This document shows positions 30,450 through 40,817 of a DNA stretch of 64,000 nt, piece by piece; the first letter of the stretch is position 1; each line of letters opens with the position of its first letter. The DNA is from Candidatus Woesebacteria bacterium GW2011_GWF1_31_35 (GTDB lineage: Bacteria > Patescibacteriota > Microgenomatia > UBA8517): the NCBI GenBank assembly GCA_001029755.1, contig CP011214.1:1754-65753 (forward strand). Direction: 5' to 3'. Below the pieces are notes generated by a model, which was not told the DNA's origin, did no database searches, and was given only the letters and a program-made list of their open reading frames with translations. Position numbers and translations under genes: made by a program.

Positions 30450-31761
30450 TGACTGAAAATATTTTTGTCTCTTCTTTTTTAGGTGGAACGTCAGCTTTAA
30501 TTTTCAAATAATCAAAAATATATTTAAAACCAAACGCATCACCTAGTTTTGTTGTTAATGAAATTCCATAACCTTCTTTACCACCTTTTTCTATTATAAA
30601 TTTAGTAATCTCTTTTTTAGCACTTAAGTTATATAGCCTCTTTTGATCTTTTAAAGAAATAAGGTTTAGAAACAAAGCAATAATCAAAACAGTTATTATT
30701 AAAAATTTTCTTTTTAAGATTTGTTTAATAAATATGCCCAATAATAATATTAAAGAAGGAACTGTCATCATTAAATAGTATTCTGAGAATTTCCCCTGTT
30801 GAACATAAAAAAATATTGCTGGAATAGTAATTGTAAATAATAAAAGGAGTGAAAGATTTCTTTCTTTTTTGTTTAATAAAAGTTTAATACCGCTAACTAA
30901 AAGTAAGGCTAAAAATCCTTTTGAAATTATACTGTCTAATAAATTTATTTGTCTTGGATAAACAATTGAAGAAACATTATATGCAATAGTTTTTATTATC
31001 TTTCCAAGACCAGTAAAGTAATCTAATCCATCTCCTTTAAAAATTAATATAAATCTTTTAAGGTTTGTAAAATTATTAAATACATCAAAAGTAATATTTG
31101 GTAAAAGGCCTATAAATAAAATACCTAAAGACATCAATAGTATTTTAAGACTTGGTTTTTTAGGTTTTATAAGAATATAATAAATTAAAATTGATAATAA
31201 ACTTAAAAATATTCCAAAATGTGACTGGAATCCAACAATAAAACCTACAGCTAAAAATAAATAACCTAAATCATTTTTTATCGAAAGATATGCACCAGCT
31301 AAAAGAATTATTTGGGAAAGATAAAAAAGTGATGGAGCCCAAGGTATCTGGTCCCAAAAAATAAGTGATGATGAAATAGATACTAAAAATAAAAGAATAA
31401 ATGCTACTTTTTCATTTATAAAGTATTTGGCAAAAATAAAAATTGCTAAACAAGTTAAAATTCCTAAAGATACTGAAAGGTATACTCCAGAAACAGGATT
31501 GCCATGAGTTAATAATGCAAAAAAACTCCAAAGATAAATAAATCCTGGACCTATTGAAAAATTTCCAACAGAAGTAACAGGTCCTAATAAAACTAAATCT
31601 CCACTTAAAATATCTTTTGCTCTAAATGCTAACCATTCCTGATCAGCATCAAATAATGTCTTTGATTCAAGATTGTTAAGTCTTAAAAATAATCCAACAG
31701 TTAAAAGAAGTAAGACCAATAAAGTTTTATAATTTAGAAATCGTTTCATTTGTAATCTCAA
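30373..31761 (-). CDS. Polytopic membrane protein, GT-C-like
   Basis: It is 462 aa. The motif LFDADQEWLAFRAKD follows the first helix. Confidence 0.4.
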   Translation of the reverse strand: MRLQMKRFLNYKTLLVLLLLTVGLFLRLNNLESKTLFDADQEWLAFRAKDILSGDLVLLGPVTSVGNFSIGPGFIYLWSFFALLTHGNPVSGVYLSVSLGILTCLAIFIFAKYFINEKVAFILLFLVSISSSLIFWDQIPWAPSLFYLSQIILLAGAYLSIKNDLGYLFLAVGFIVGFQSHFGIFLSLLSILIYYILIKPKKPSLKILLMSLGILFIGLLPNITFDVFNNFTNLKRFILIFKGDGLDYFTGLGKIIKTIAYNVSSIVYPRQINLLDSIISKGFLALLLVSGIKLLLNKKERNLSLLLLFTITIPAIFFYVQQGKFSEYYLMMTVPSLILLLGIFIKQILKRKFLIITVLIIALFLNLISLKDQKRLYNLSAKKEITKFIIEKGGKEGYGISLTTKLGDAFGFKYIFDYLKIKADVPPKKEETKIFSVIVPAGFDGIVSYKEIDGIGLIWQGI

Positions 31762-33253
31762 ATAACATTAATGATTGATATGATCCATCTGGTCTAATTG
31801 CTTTTGGGTAAGCTGTAATAAGTTTTAAATTTAGATCTTTGTAATTTGCATTCATCCGTTCATTATTGGCAACTAAATAAGTTAAGTTACCAAATTTTCT
31901 AGATTCAATTAGTTGTGTTGGTACTTTATTTAACTCTAATCCAATACCTATGACCAAAACATTAGGATTTTTCTCAAAATTAATTTGCAATCCATCAGGT
32001 AATGTTCCAAAGTACCCTTCAGTTCCTACAACTATCTTACTACCAGGGTTATTAACTACCTCATCTTTTAAATATTTTGTAATTTCAGAAATTCCTTGTC
32101 CAGCAGTCCATCCTTCTAGATATTCTGCTCTCTCACCTCTAGGTAAATTTGCTTTTTCGGGGCTTACAAATAGCTTAAAATCAAACCAAATGCTATGAAA
32201 GGTAAAAATAACAAAAAGTAAAATCGCTAATTTACTTAATATTTTATCTTTGTTTAAAAATAATGATGAAACCAAAATTATAAAATATGGTAGGGTAAAA
32301 TAAACATATCTTGCAGTCATTGTCTTACTAAACTCGGCTGAAACAAATATTGGAAATAGCATCCAAATAGATAATATAAGTGCCTCTTTTTTGTATTTTT
32401 TCCAATTTGTAAAGTAACTTAATAACCAAGTGACAAAAATTGCCCATCCTCCATAAATAACGTAAAACTGTCTGATTCTATCTAAAAATGGTTTTAATGG
32501 ATCAAAAAATGAAGTTAAAATATGACTTACTGGATAAACATAATCCAAGTTCCTAATTGCTATCATTTGAAAGTTAGGACCAAGGCGAAGTATATTGTAA
32601 ATTCCAAAACCTATTAAATAAGTTGGAATTAAAAGTAAAATAAGTTTTACTAATTCTTTTTTAGATTTTGCAAAAATTAAACCTAATGGGACCATTAAAG
32701 AAAAGTAAAGAGCGGGAGATTTGGTGAGCCATGCTCCCCCAAGGAAAAAGCCTGTAATCATAGCAAGGTCTAATCTTTTAAATTTAACAGTTAATATTGA
32801 GAAAAATAATATCCAAACTCCAAAGAAAGATAGCATAGAATCAGCAAGAGCTATCCGATCATAAAATACACTGAAAGGAAAAATTGCATAAATAAAAGAA
32901 GAAATTAAAGAAACTTTAAATGATTTAAATAATAGATGTGATAATGCAAATATTCCAACTAATGTTCCAATTCCAAAAAAAACTGACACTATTCTTCCTG
33001 CAATTAAAGGGTTTGAAAATACTTTCAAAAAAGGAATCATAATCCACATAAATAAAGGTTGTTTTCCATCAGACAGTGGTAAGAATCTTAAAGTAGATTC
33101 TGATCTCATTACTTGTGCCCACCTAATATAAATTGCCTCATCGCAAAAAATAGGTAAACTAGTTAAATTGTAAATTCTGATTCCAAACCCAACCGCAATA
33201 ATTACCAAGAGTCCCAATATCACCCATCTCCATTCTTTAAATATTTTCTTCAT
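31727..33253 (-). CDS. GT39/ArnT-like GT-C membrane glycosyltransferase (divergent paralog)
   Basis: It carries IFCDEAIYIRWAQVM after TM1. It has an ArnT-like topology and a C-terminal soluble domain. Confidence 0.6.
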   Translation of the reverse strand: MKKIFKEWRWVILGLLVIIAVGFGIRIYNLTSLPIFCDEAIYIRWAQVMRSESTLRFLPLSDGKQPLFMWIMIPFLKVFSNPLIAGRIVSVFFGIGTLVGIFALSHLLFKSFKVSLISSFIYAIFPFSVFYDRIALADSMLSFFGVWILFFSILTVKFKRLDLAMITGFFLGGAWLTKSPALYFSLMVPLGLIFAKSKKELVKLILLLIPTYLIGFGIYNILRLGPNFQMIAIRNLDYVYPVSHILTSFFDPLKPFLDRIRQFYVIYGGWAIFVTWLLSYFTNWKKYKKEALILSIWMLFPIFVSAEFSKTMTARYVYFTLPYFIILVSSLFLNKDKILSKLAILLFVIFTFHSIWFDFKLFVSPEKANLPRGERAEYLEGWTAGQGISEITKYLKDEVVNNPGSKIVVGTEGYFGTLPDGLQINFEKNPNVLVIGIGLELNKVPTQLIESRKFGNLTYLVANNERMNANYKDLNLKLITAYPKAIRPDGSYQSLMLFEITNETISKL

Positions 33254-34077
33254 TTAAGTAGTTTATCTTTTTTTTCTTCAAAACGATATTTACTAATAAC
33301 TTTCCTTCTTGTTTTTCCTTCAATCTGTCTTCTCGCACTTCCAGCAATCCCCCCGCCTTCTCTTGCTACAATCCTATTTTGACTAAAATTTTGCGGTTTT
33401 TTACTTTCTGATATCTCAGTTGTTGCTGTTTCTGCTAACATATTTAAAACTAATTCTAAATTGGTCATATTATCTCTCAAATTCTCTTTCTTTAAACTTT
33501 TATATTTTTTATAATCCTTCGTTCGAAGTCCGGCCCAAGCAAATGTAATATCATCAGTTAATATTGCATATTCGTTTGAATTTTTAACACCTCGTTCATC
33601 CCATTCATTAGTCAAGTCTTTCCTAATTTCAATACTTTTAAGTCTTAAATCAACCCATGACTTTGTATAACCTTTTTTAAGATATGTAGCTAGAGCTCTT
33701 TGAATTGCTTTTTCTGGATCTTCTGTTTCTTCAATTCTTTCATAACCAACTCTTGCAAGCCACAATTTGAAAGGCTCTGCACTTGGAGAAGGAATTGATT
33801 GAATTAATCTTAGAATTATTTCAGTGTCTGCAACATCAGTAACACGCATTTTTCCATCAGACGCTATCATTTTCAAACCGTTACATTTTGTAACGGTTTC
33901 ATTGGACCCTTCGTTAAGCAATCTTTTTTTTAAAACTCTCCAATAAACTTGAGGATTTGAACTTGAAGTTAGAGCTAAAACAACATCTACAACAGAAAAA
34001 TACCATTTTTCTTTCTTCTCATTCCAATGTCTACGAATTTTATTTTGTTTAAATAAAACGACCTTATTTTTTTTCAT
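33250..34077 (-). CDS. DinD/RhuM-like (Bro-N / KilA-N-type DNA-binding) protein
   Basis: The N-terminus ...IRRHWNEKKEKWYFSVVDVVLALTSSSNPQVYWRVLKKRL resembles the Bro-N/ORF6N-type domain. The C-terminal half (...AIQRALATYLKKGYTKSWVDLRL...) resembles RhuM/DinD (COG3943) proteins. It overlaps both neighbours by 4 bp. Confidence 0.4.
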   Translation of the reverse strand: MKKNKVVLFKQNKIRRHWNEKKEKWYFSVVDVVLALTSSSNPQVYWRVLKKRLLNEGSNETVTKCNGLKMIASDGKMRVTDVADTEIILRLIQSIPSPSAEPFKLWLARVGYERIEETEDPEKAIQRALATYLKKGYTKSWVDLRLKSIEIRKDLTNEWDERGVKNSNEYAILTDDITFAWAGLRTKDYKKYKSLKKENLRDNMTNLELVLNMLAETATTEISESKKPQNFSQNRIVAREGGGIAGSARRQIEGKTRRKVISKYRFEEKKDKLLK

Positions 34078-35396
34078 CTTTTGTTTAATATCAGAATTTT
34101 ATCTCTATCTTTTGCAATTAAAGTATATTCCTTTGCATTGATTTTTTCCTCAGTTAGTCTCCAATCTCTGGTAATTAATAAAAATTCTTTTTGGCTATTA
34201 AAGGTCATCCTGATACCATCTCTACCCATAATTCTTTCTACTCTATCTTTTCCACTATAAAAAATTGCTTCTGGAACTGCATCATCATCAAGATATAAAG
34301 GCAAATTATATTCTTTTGATTTTGTAGAAAGTATATTTATATCTGAAATATATGCAGGTACATTAATTATTTCATACCAATTTCTTTTAATTTGATTCCA
34401 TGAAATTAACATAAACAAAATAAACATAAGAATATATTTGTATTTTTTTACAGTTAATTCGATTAAACCAAAAAAAACTAAAATCCAAAATGGATGTAGA
34501 GGTATTAAATGCCATATATGACCCTTATTAGAAAATGCGAAAGGCAACAAAAAAGTAATAATAAAAACAATTATTGGGAAATATTTTTTTCTAAAGAGTA
34601 AAAGACCAAAACCAAATGACAATATTCCCCACCAAAACCAATTTCCAATACCATTGTGTAAATATATTTTTGTTAACAAAATATTCTGCCAAATATTTGT
34701 ACCACTTTTATTACCCGGATACCCAATTGCAAAATATCTGCTAATCAAATCTGGGTTATTAAAATAATTAACAACAAACCAAGGCAAAACTATTATTAAA
34801 AATAATAAAAATGGAAAAAATAAATTCTTTAAAGTCACTTTCTTCCAAAGTATAATTATTAATGCTGGAATAATTGTAAATGGAACTAAAGTCTTAGTTA
34901 AGAAAAGAAACCCCAAGCTAACTGATAAAGGAATTAAATATGTAAAGTTTTTACTAGCTTTAATGCATAAATAAAATGAAAGAACAAATAAAAAGGTTAG
35001 TGGTACATCTAAGTTTCCCGATCTTGCTCTAAACAAAAACCAAGGAGAAGTAGCTAAGGAAATTGCAGCAAAAAAACCAGCCGATTTACCAAAGATCTCT
35101 CTTCCCAAAAGATAAAGAACAATTATCGTTAGAAAACCTAAAATTGCAGAGGGAAACCTTACTGAAAAATCACTTATTCCAAATATTTTATAAGCGATAT
35201 CTTGTAGCCAAAAACCAAACGGTGGATGGTCATAAAAAGCTCTTCCATTAAAACTTAAATTTAGTAAATCACCTTTTAAATAGATGTTTCTTGCAATAAC
35301 TCCATACCATGCTTCATCCCACGAAGAAAGAGATACAGCACTTAATTTATAAAAAAATACTGGTAGTAAAAAAAATAAAGAAAATAAGAGTATCAC
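34074..35396 (-). CDS. ArnT/PMT-like GT-C (GT39/GT83) membrane glycosyltransferase
   Basis: It carries SLSSWDEAWYGVIARNIYLKGDLLNLSFNGRAFYDHPPFGFWLQ, an ArnT-like first loop. Confidence 0.75.
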   Translation of the reverse strand: MILLFSLFFLLPVFFYKLSAVSLSSWDEAWYGVIARNIYLKGDLLNLSFNGRAFYDHPPFGFWLQDIAYKIFGISDFSVRFPSAILGFLTIIVLYLLGREIFGKSAGFFAAISLATSPWFLFRARSGNLDVPLTFLFVLSFYLCIKASKNFTYLIPLSVSLGFLFLTKTLVPFTIIPALIIILWKKVTLKNLFFPFLLFLIIVLPWFVVNYFNNPDLISRYFAIGYPGNKSGTNIWQNILLTKIYLHNGIGNWFWWGILSFGFGLLLFRKKYFPIIVFIITFLLPFAFSNKGHIWHLIPLHPFWILVFFGLIELTVKKYKYILMFILFMLISWNQIKRNWYEIINVPAYISDINILSTKSKEYNLPLYLDDDAVPEAIFYSGKDRVERIMGRDGIRMTFNSQKEFLLITRDWRLTEEKINAKEYTLIAKDRDKILILNKR

Positions 35397-36148
35397 TTTA
35401 TTTGATATTTTCCTGAAACCGCATTTAATTTTACTTTTAATAAATCTCTAAATCCTTCATATGAATCTTTAATTGGATTTACTTTTGTTCCCTCTTTATG
35501 ATGCCAATCAACAGGAACATCGCAAATTTTATATCCCAACTTATTGGCTACATATAAAATTTCCAAATCAAATCCAGCAGACACTGAAGCTCCTTGCATT
35601 TTTCCATTTTCTTTAAAAACTTTTAATCTTTTAAATATTTCTCTACTAGCTTCATTTTTAAAAGCTTTAAAACCACATTGTGTATCTTTGTATGGAAGTT
35701 GTAAAAATAAATATCTTAACAAAGAAAAACCATAAGCCATGATTTTTCTTACAATTGGAGCTCCCTCTCTTCCACTTCTAGAACCAATTACTACCTCGTA
35801 TCCTTCTTTAACTTTATTAATTACTTTTTCTACTTGATCAATCGGAGTTGCTTGATCCATATCAGTAAAAAGAACTATTTCTCCTTCTGCTTTAAGCATT
35901 CCTGTAATTACTGTTCTCCCTTTTCCTCTATGGGGTTCTTTTAGTACTTTAAACCCTACATGTTTTCTTGAAAACTCTTCTGCTATTTTCACTGTTTCAT
36001 CCATTGATCCGTCATCAACAACTATTACCTCCCAAGTATATTCTTGGCTTGATAAATAATCATGAACACTATCCAATACTCCTGTACGAAGATTGTATTC
36101 TTCGTTGTATGAAGGTATGACTACACTTAAATATGGTCTATTATTCAT
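35393..36148 (-). CDS. GT2 polyprenyl-phosphate sugar synthase (DPM1/ArnC-like)
   Basis: It carries LSVVIPSYNEEYNL...VIVVDDGSMDET...LFTDMDQATPIDQ. Confidence 0.8.
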   Translation of the reverse strand: MNNRPYLSVVIPSYNEEYNLRTGVLDSVHDYLSSQEYTWEVIVVDDGSMDETVKIAEEFSRKHVGFKVLKEPHRGKGRTVITGMLKAEGEIVLFTDMDQATPIDQVEKVINKVKEGYEVVIGSRSGREGAPIVRKIMAYGFSLLRYLFLQLPYKDTQCGFKAFKNEASREIFKRLKVFKENGKMQGASVSAGFDLEILYVANKLGYKICDVPVDWHHKEGTKVNPIKDSYEGFRDLLKVKLNAVSGKYQIK

Positions 36149-37629
36149 ATTCTAATTCTTCTTTGGACTATTATTCCTCCAAACTTAATTTCTTTTTCCA
36201 CCTTACCAATTCCTTTTTGCCTTGCTAGCCAAGCTTCAAGCCTATCAGGGTGTGGCGGATCCACCTCATATAAAGTATAGAGTAAATCAAACTTTTCTGT
36301 AAATTTAAGATTATCATTATTTCTAATATTTTTTTCCCATAAAAATAAGTAGTCATATGAGTAAGGAATTACAGGTGGAACATAGACATCAACATTAAAA
36401 TTATTACCAATTGAATCTTCATAAATCCAATTTATTGCTTCTAGCTGATTTTGAATAAATATTTCGTTAGAGTTATTAACGTTGGTTGTTAGTTTAATTT
36501 TTATTTGAATTAAATTTAATAAAATTAATAAGATGAACATTAAAACAATTCTTTTTGGACTAATTTTAAAAAAATAGGAAATTCCCCAAGAAAAAAATAG
36601 TACGAAAATTAAAAAATATCCTGTTAAATAATAATTATATAAATTTCCATAATTTCCTCTATATAATAAGTAACCTATTAATGGAATCCCTAAAAAAATT
36701 GCAAAAAGTTTACTAATTTCATTATTCTTTTTCAATTTTAATATTCCAAATAATGAAATAGTTAAAAATATACTAGCTATTAATATATTATTGTTAAATA
36801 TTAATGAACTTATAATATCCCATATTCTTTTTATTCTAGTTTGTAAAAATTGTAAGAAGTTAATTTCTATTTGACTATCCTTATGATTAGTAATTTGAAG
36901 CAAAATATTATTAAATAAAATATTTTCGTGTCTAAAATTAAAAATTACTTGTGGAAGAAAAGTTGTAATTAATAAACTTAATGATAAAACTGCAGTTAAT
37001 TTATTTAATTTTTTCTTTTGCCAAAAGCTAAAAATTAAAAGTATAGGTAAATAAAATATTGCACTAGCAAGTTCAAAGTGAAATGAAATCCCAACTAATA
37101 AAAACATTAATATCCAAAATATTGGTTTATTATCTTTTTCTTTTATAATTTTAATCATTAAATAGAAAATTAAAATTGATGTTAAATAAATCGGAGTAGG
37201 GTTTGATAACCACCTACTAGATAAAATTAAATAATTTGAAAATGATCCAATTAAAAGTGCTATAAAACCAACCACCTTTCCACCTATCTCTTCCCCTGAC
37301 TTATAAAGAAAAAATAAAGAAATTGTCACCAAAGATGATAGAAATATTGATGGAATTGCCGGATTTCCGTTGCCAATAAAATAAAATGGGGCAATTAAAT
37401 AATAATAAAATGGACCTAGAAATACTCCTTCAAGTCCAGTAACAGGTCCTATTAGAAAAAATTTATGGTTTTTTATTAATTCCCAAATAATTAACGCGTC
37501 TCTTCCTTGATCATAATGAAAATCCAACAAGTCTCCTATTCTATAAATTCTTAAGATAAATGCAAAGAGCAAAATTATTAGAATTAATAAATTCCACGGA
37601 GTAAATTGTTTTCTAAGATTTTTTAGCAT
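36145..37629 (-). CDS. Polytopic GT-C-like membrane protein; paralog of 38629..40116
   Basis: It carries FHYDQGRDALIIWELIKNHKFFLIGPVTGLEGVFLGPFYYYLIAPF, which matches LGDEGRDVIVVRNLLVKADPILIGPGTSIGSMYLGPLYYYFIAPF in 38629..40116. Confidence 0.5.
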   Translation of the reverse strand: MLKNLRKQFTPWNLLILIILLFAFILRIYRIGDLLDFHYDQGRDALIIWELIKNHKFFLIGPVTGLEGVFLGPFYYYLIAPFYFIGNGNPAIPSIFLSSLVTISLFFLYKSGEEIGGKVVGFIALLIGSFSNYLILSSRWLSNPTPIYLTSILIFYLMIKIIKEKDNKPIFWILMFLLVGISFHFELASAIFYLPILLIFSFWQKKKLNKLTAVLSLSLLITTFLPQVIFNFRHENILFNNILLQITNHKDSQIEINFLQFLQTRIKRIWDIISSLIFNNNILIASIFLTISLFGILKLKKNNEISKLFAIFLGIPLIGYLLYRGNYGNLYNYYLTGYFLIFVLFFSWGISYFFKISPKRIVLMFILLILLNLIQIKIKLTTNVNNSNEIFIQNQLEAINWIYEDSIGNNFNVDVYVPPVIPYSYDYLFLWEKNIRNNDNLKFTEKFDLLYTLYEVDPPHPDRLEAWLARQKGIGKVEKEIKFGGIIVQRRIRI

Positions 37630-38608
37630 ACTTTCTCACAACATCCAATACTTTTTCTGAAGCTTTTTCAAAAGACAATCCTTCTATTTTTGCAGCTGAT
37701 GCAATTTTATGACCTCCTCCACCAAGTTCTTTAGTAATAGCTGATGTATCAAAATCTGTTCGTCCTCTAAAACTAATTGTCATATATTTAGGTCGTTCTT
37801 CTACTCCTATAAATCCAAAATCTGTTCCTTTAACAATCGGAGCAAAAAGACTTGAAGATTTAGCCTTTACATCTTCTAAATCTCCACCTGTTTTATAGAC
37901 TTCATAAGGCACAAAAGACCAAACAAATCTTCTTTCTTTATCTATTTCCATTCTGGAAAGTACTTTTGAATAAAATTTCAAAATATCAAAATTTTCACTT
38001 CGATAAATTTTATTTACTACCATATTCTTATCAGCTCCAAGCTCCATAAGTTTAGAAACTATTAATAAAGTCTTAGAAGTAACGTTTGGATAAGCTAATG
38101 CGCCAGTATCTCCAATAATTGATGTCAATAAACATTCAGCAATTTTTTTGTCTAGTAATATTCCCCAATCTTTATATATATCAAAAAGAATTTCTCCTAC
38201 TGACGTAGCTTTACTATCTAAAAGTTTTATATCTCCAGTTAAAGTACTTATAAAATGATGGTCTATTACTATTGTGAAAATATCAGCTTTAAAAAAAATA
38301 TCTTTATCAATTAAGAGTGATAGATTCGGGGTATCTAAAGTAATAAATAATTCATATTCAGAAAAATCAAATTTTTCAAAATCAATTCCGACCTTTATAT
38401 CTTGATAACCTTTTAGATAATCTACTTGTCTAGTTACTTTTTTTGAAGGACAAATTACATCAACCTTTTTTCCCATATCTTCTAAAACCAGTTTCAACGA
38501 AAGAGTACTACCAATCCCATCCGGGTCTGCTCCTCTATGACAATTTAATAAAATTGTATTTGCTTTTTTTATTTTATCTAGAATTAATATTGATTCTTCG
38601 TAGTTCAT
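37613..38608 (-). CDS. DHH-family phosphoesterase (NrnA-like bifunctional oligoribonuclease/pAp phosphatase)
   Basis: It carries NCHRGADPDGIGSTLSL...IVIDHH... and a DHHA1-like C-terminus with GGGH. Confidence 0.75.
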   Translation of the reverse strand: MNYEESILILDKIKKANTILLNCHRGADPDGIGSTLSLKLVLEDMGKKVDVICPSKKVTRQVDYLKGYQDIKVGIDFEKFDFSEYELFITLDTPNLSLLIDKDIFFKADIFTIVIDHHFISTLTGDIKLLDSKATSVGEILFDIYKDWGILLDKKIAECLLTSIIGDTGALAYPNVTSKTLLIVSKLMELGADKNMVVNKIYRSENFDILKFYSKVLSRMEIDKERRFVWSFVPYEVYKTGGDLEDVKAKSSSLFAPIVKGTDFGFIGVEERPKYMTISFRGRTDFDTSAITKELGGGGHKIASAAKIEGLSFEKASEKVLDVVRKYAKKS

Positions 38609-38628
38609 AATTTATTTTTTAACTATGC

Positions 38629-40116
38629 TTATTTTGTATGAATTAACTTATATATTATAACTCCATCAACTTCCCACATACTATCAATCTTGCTCCAACC
38701 AAAATTAGCTACTTCTGCTTTTGACGAATGTGTTGGATCGCATTTTTTCTCCTCCATCTCACAAACTACGAAAAGTTGAGCTTTAACACTTTCTGGAATT
38801 TGTGGATCAATCTCAACCATCTTTGAATTTTCTTTTTCTAGAAAATACTGATATCCATCTTCATAATTTCTTTCAGCAACAACCGCGAAATTAAAAGCTT
38901 CTCCTAAAGATTTATTAATAATATCTTTAGAAACATTTTCACTTCTTTGAAGTTGTCTATTAGGACTAAATAGTATTGGACTATTTTTTAAATTAACAAA
39001 GACTAATATTAAAAATATTAAAATTGCTAATATTTTAAATTTAGTTTTATAAACAAATTGCAAAATAAAACCTAATAATATAAATAGTGCCGGAAATATA
39101 AATCCAAAATAATGATCATAAATGTGTTGTTTATATAATGCCAAACCTAAAAGTGCAAAGCCTAACCATATTATTAAAACCAGTAAGGGTTTATTAAATT
39201 GTTTTATTCTTTTTCTGACTGCAATAAACCACGCCAAAGATAAGATGATTAGAGGTGTAATAATTTTGCCAACAAGTAGATTTTTTCCTGTTAGAAGTGA
39301 TGTATTAATATCAACAAATATTGGATATACATTAGGTATAGCCTTCCAGGGTTTTATAGAAACAGTTTCTTGTCTTACTGTCAAAAATTTATAAAAAGCC
39401 TTGGTATTCATCCAATCATGTCTAATATCAAAAATAAAAAGGGGACTCATTAAAAATAAAAATACTGATCCGGCAATTAAAGTGTATTTAACCGGAACTT
39501 TAGAAATTAGCCAAAAAATAAATAGTACTGGAGCAAGAAGTAAACCTAAGTAATGGGATTGTAAAACAAAAGCATATGAAATCACTGTAACTATTAACCA
39601 ATTGTATTTTTTTTCTTTCCATACTTTCCAAATTGAATAAATAGAGAACAGTGCAAAAAAAGGCATAATATTAGGATTCCAGGATGACCTTGAATAAATA
39701 ATTACTACTGGAGAAATTGCATAAAGTATTGAAGAGAAAATTGAAGCAGTCTCTCCAAACCATTCTTTAGATACTTTATAAATTAGAAAAATTGTAATAA
39801 CACCTAAAAATGCAATCTCAACTGCAGGCCCAACTGGAGAAAAATTAAAAAGAAATAAAAAAGGTGCTATAAAATAATAATAAAGTGGGCCTAAGTACAT
39901 ACTTCCAATTGATGTTCCAGGACCTATTAAAATAGGGTCAGCCTTAACTAATAAATTCCTAACAACTATTACATCACGTCCTTCATCTCCTAAAAAGGTC
40001 ATAAACTCATTTATCTTATAAAGCCTTAAAAAGGCACCAACTAATAAAATTAATACCAATATCCAATTATTTTTTAACCAACTAATAATTCTTTTTTTCA
40101 TCTTAATTTTCTCCAA
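38629..40116 (-). CDS. Polytopic GT-C-like membrane protein; paralog of 36145..37629
   Basis: See 36145..37629. Confidence 0.5.
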   Translation of the reverse strand: MEKIKMKKRIISWLKNNWILVLILLVGAFLRLYKINEFMTFLGDEGRDVIVVRNLLVKADPILIGPGTSIGSMYLGPLYYYFIAPFLFLFNFSPVGPAVEIAFLGVITIFLIYKVSKEWFGETASIFSSILYAISPVVIIYSRSSWNPNIMPFFALFSIYSIWKVWKEKKYNWLIVTVISYAFVLQSHYLGLLLAPVLFIFWLISKVPVKYTLIAGSVFLFLMSPLFIFDIRHDWMNTKAFYKFLTVRQETVSIKPWKAIPNVYPIFVDINTSLLTGKNLLVGKIITPLIILSLAWFIAVRKRIKQFNKPLLVLIIWLGFALLGLALYKQHIYDHYFGFIFPALFILLGFILQFVYKTKFKILAILIFLILVFVNLKNSPILFSPNRQLQRSENVSKDIINKSLGEAFNFAVVAERNYEDGYQYFLEKENSKMVEIDPQIPESVKAQLFVVCEMEEKKCDPTHSSKAEVANFGWSKIDSMWEVDGVIIYKLIHTK

Positions 40117-40817
40117 AGTTTAAATAGATCTAAAAAACTTTTAATTATTACCTTAATATTTCTTCCCGTACCTTTTCCTTTAGTTCTTGGATAATGAGTT
40201 ACTGGAATTTCAATAATCTTGTAATTTGCTCTCTTTACTTTTATTAAAAACTCACTTGAAATAAAAGCTCCTCTTTCTGATTCTAATTTTGGAATTTTAT
40301 CAATTACTGATTTTGAAACTAATTTAAAACCACAATCAATATCATGAACATGAAGTCCAAAAAGAATCATAACAGCAAGTTCCCACATTCTAGAAGTTAT
40401 TATTTTAAACTTAGAAACCTGTCTTTTTTTATAATAACCAATAACTAAATCTGCATTTGTTTCTTTTTGTTTTTCTATAAACTTGGTAATCTCATTAAAA
40501 TCAAACTGTCCATCTGAATCAGTAAAGGCAACCCAAGAATATTTTGCATTATAAAAACCACTTTTAAGGCTCGCTCCATAACCTTTATTTTCATTGTGAG
40601 TTATTACTTTAATTCGAGAGTCCTTTGCTAGATTATTACTAATTTCTCCAGTTCTATCAGAAGATCCATCATTAACTATAATTATTTCCCAATTTTTAGC
40701 CACTTTTTCTAAGATTTTTTTAGTTTTTTCTACAGTTTCTTCAATACTACCTTCTTCATTAAAAGTGGGGAAAAAGACTGATAATTCATCAATTTTATAA
40801 TCATTCATAGATATCAA
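40098..40817 (-). CDS. GT2 polyprenyl-phosphate sugar synthase (DPM1/ArnC-like). The track start is a TTG codon; the first ATG is at about 40808
   Basis: It carries LSVFFPTFNEEGSI...IIIVNDGSSDRT...FTDSDGQFD. Confidence 0.8.
   Translation of the reverse strand: MISMNDYKIDELSVFFPTFNEEGSIEETVEKTKKILEKVAKNWEIIIVNDGSSDRTGEISNNLAKDSRIKVITHNENKGYGASLKSGFYNAKYSWVAFTDSDGQFDFNEITKFIEKQKETNADLVIGYYKKRQVSKFKIITSRMWELAVMILFGLHVHDIDCGFKLVSKSVIDKIPKLESERGAFISSEFLIKVKRANYKIIEIPVTHYPRTKGKGTGRNIKVIIKSFLDLFKLWRKLR

Noticed and set aside
33250-34077. Calling the DinD/Bro-N-like gene a mobile element or prophage.
   Set aside because: No integrase, transposase, terminase or flanking direct repeats were found. 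The gene is tightly coupled to housekeeping-type neighbours.
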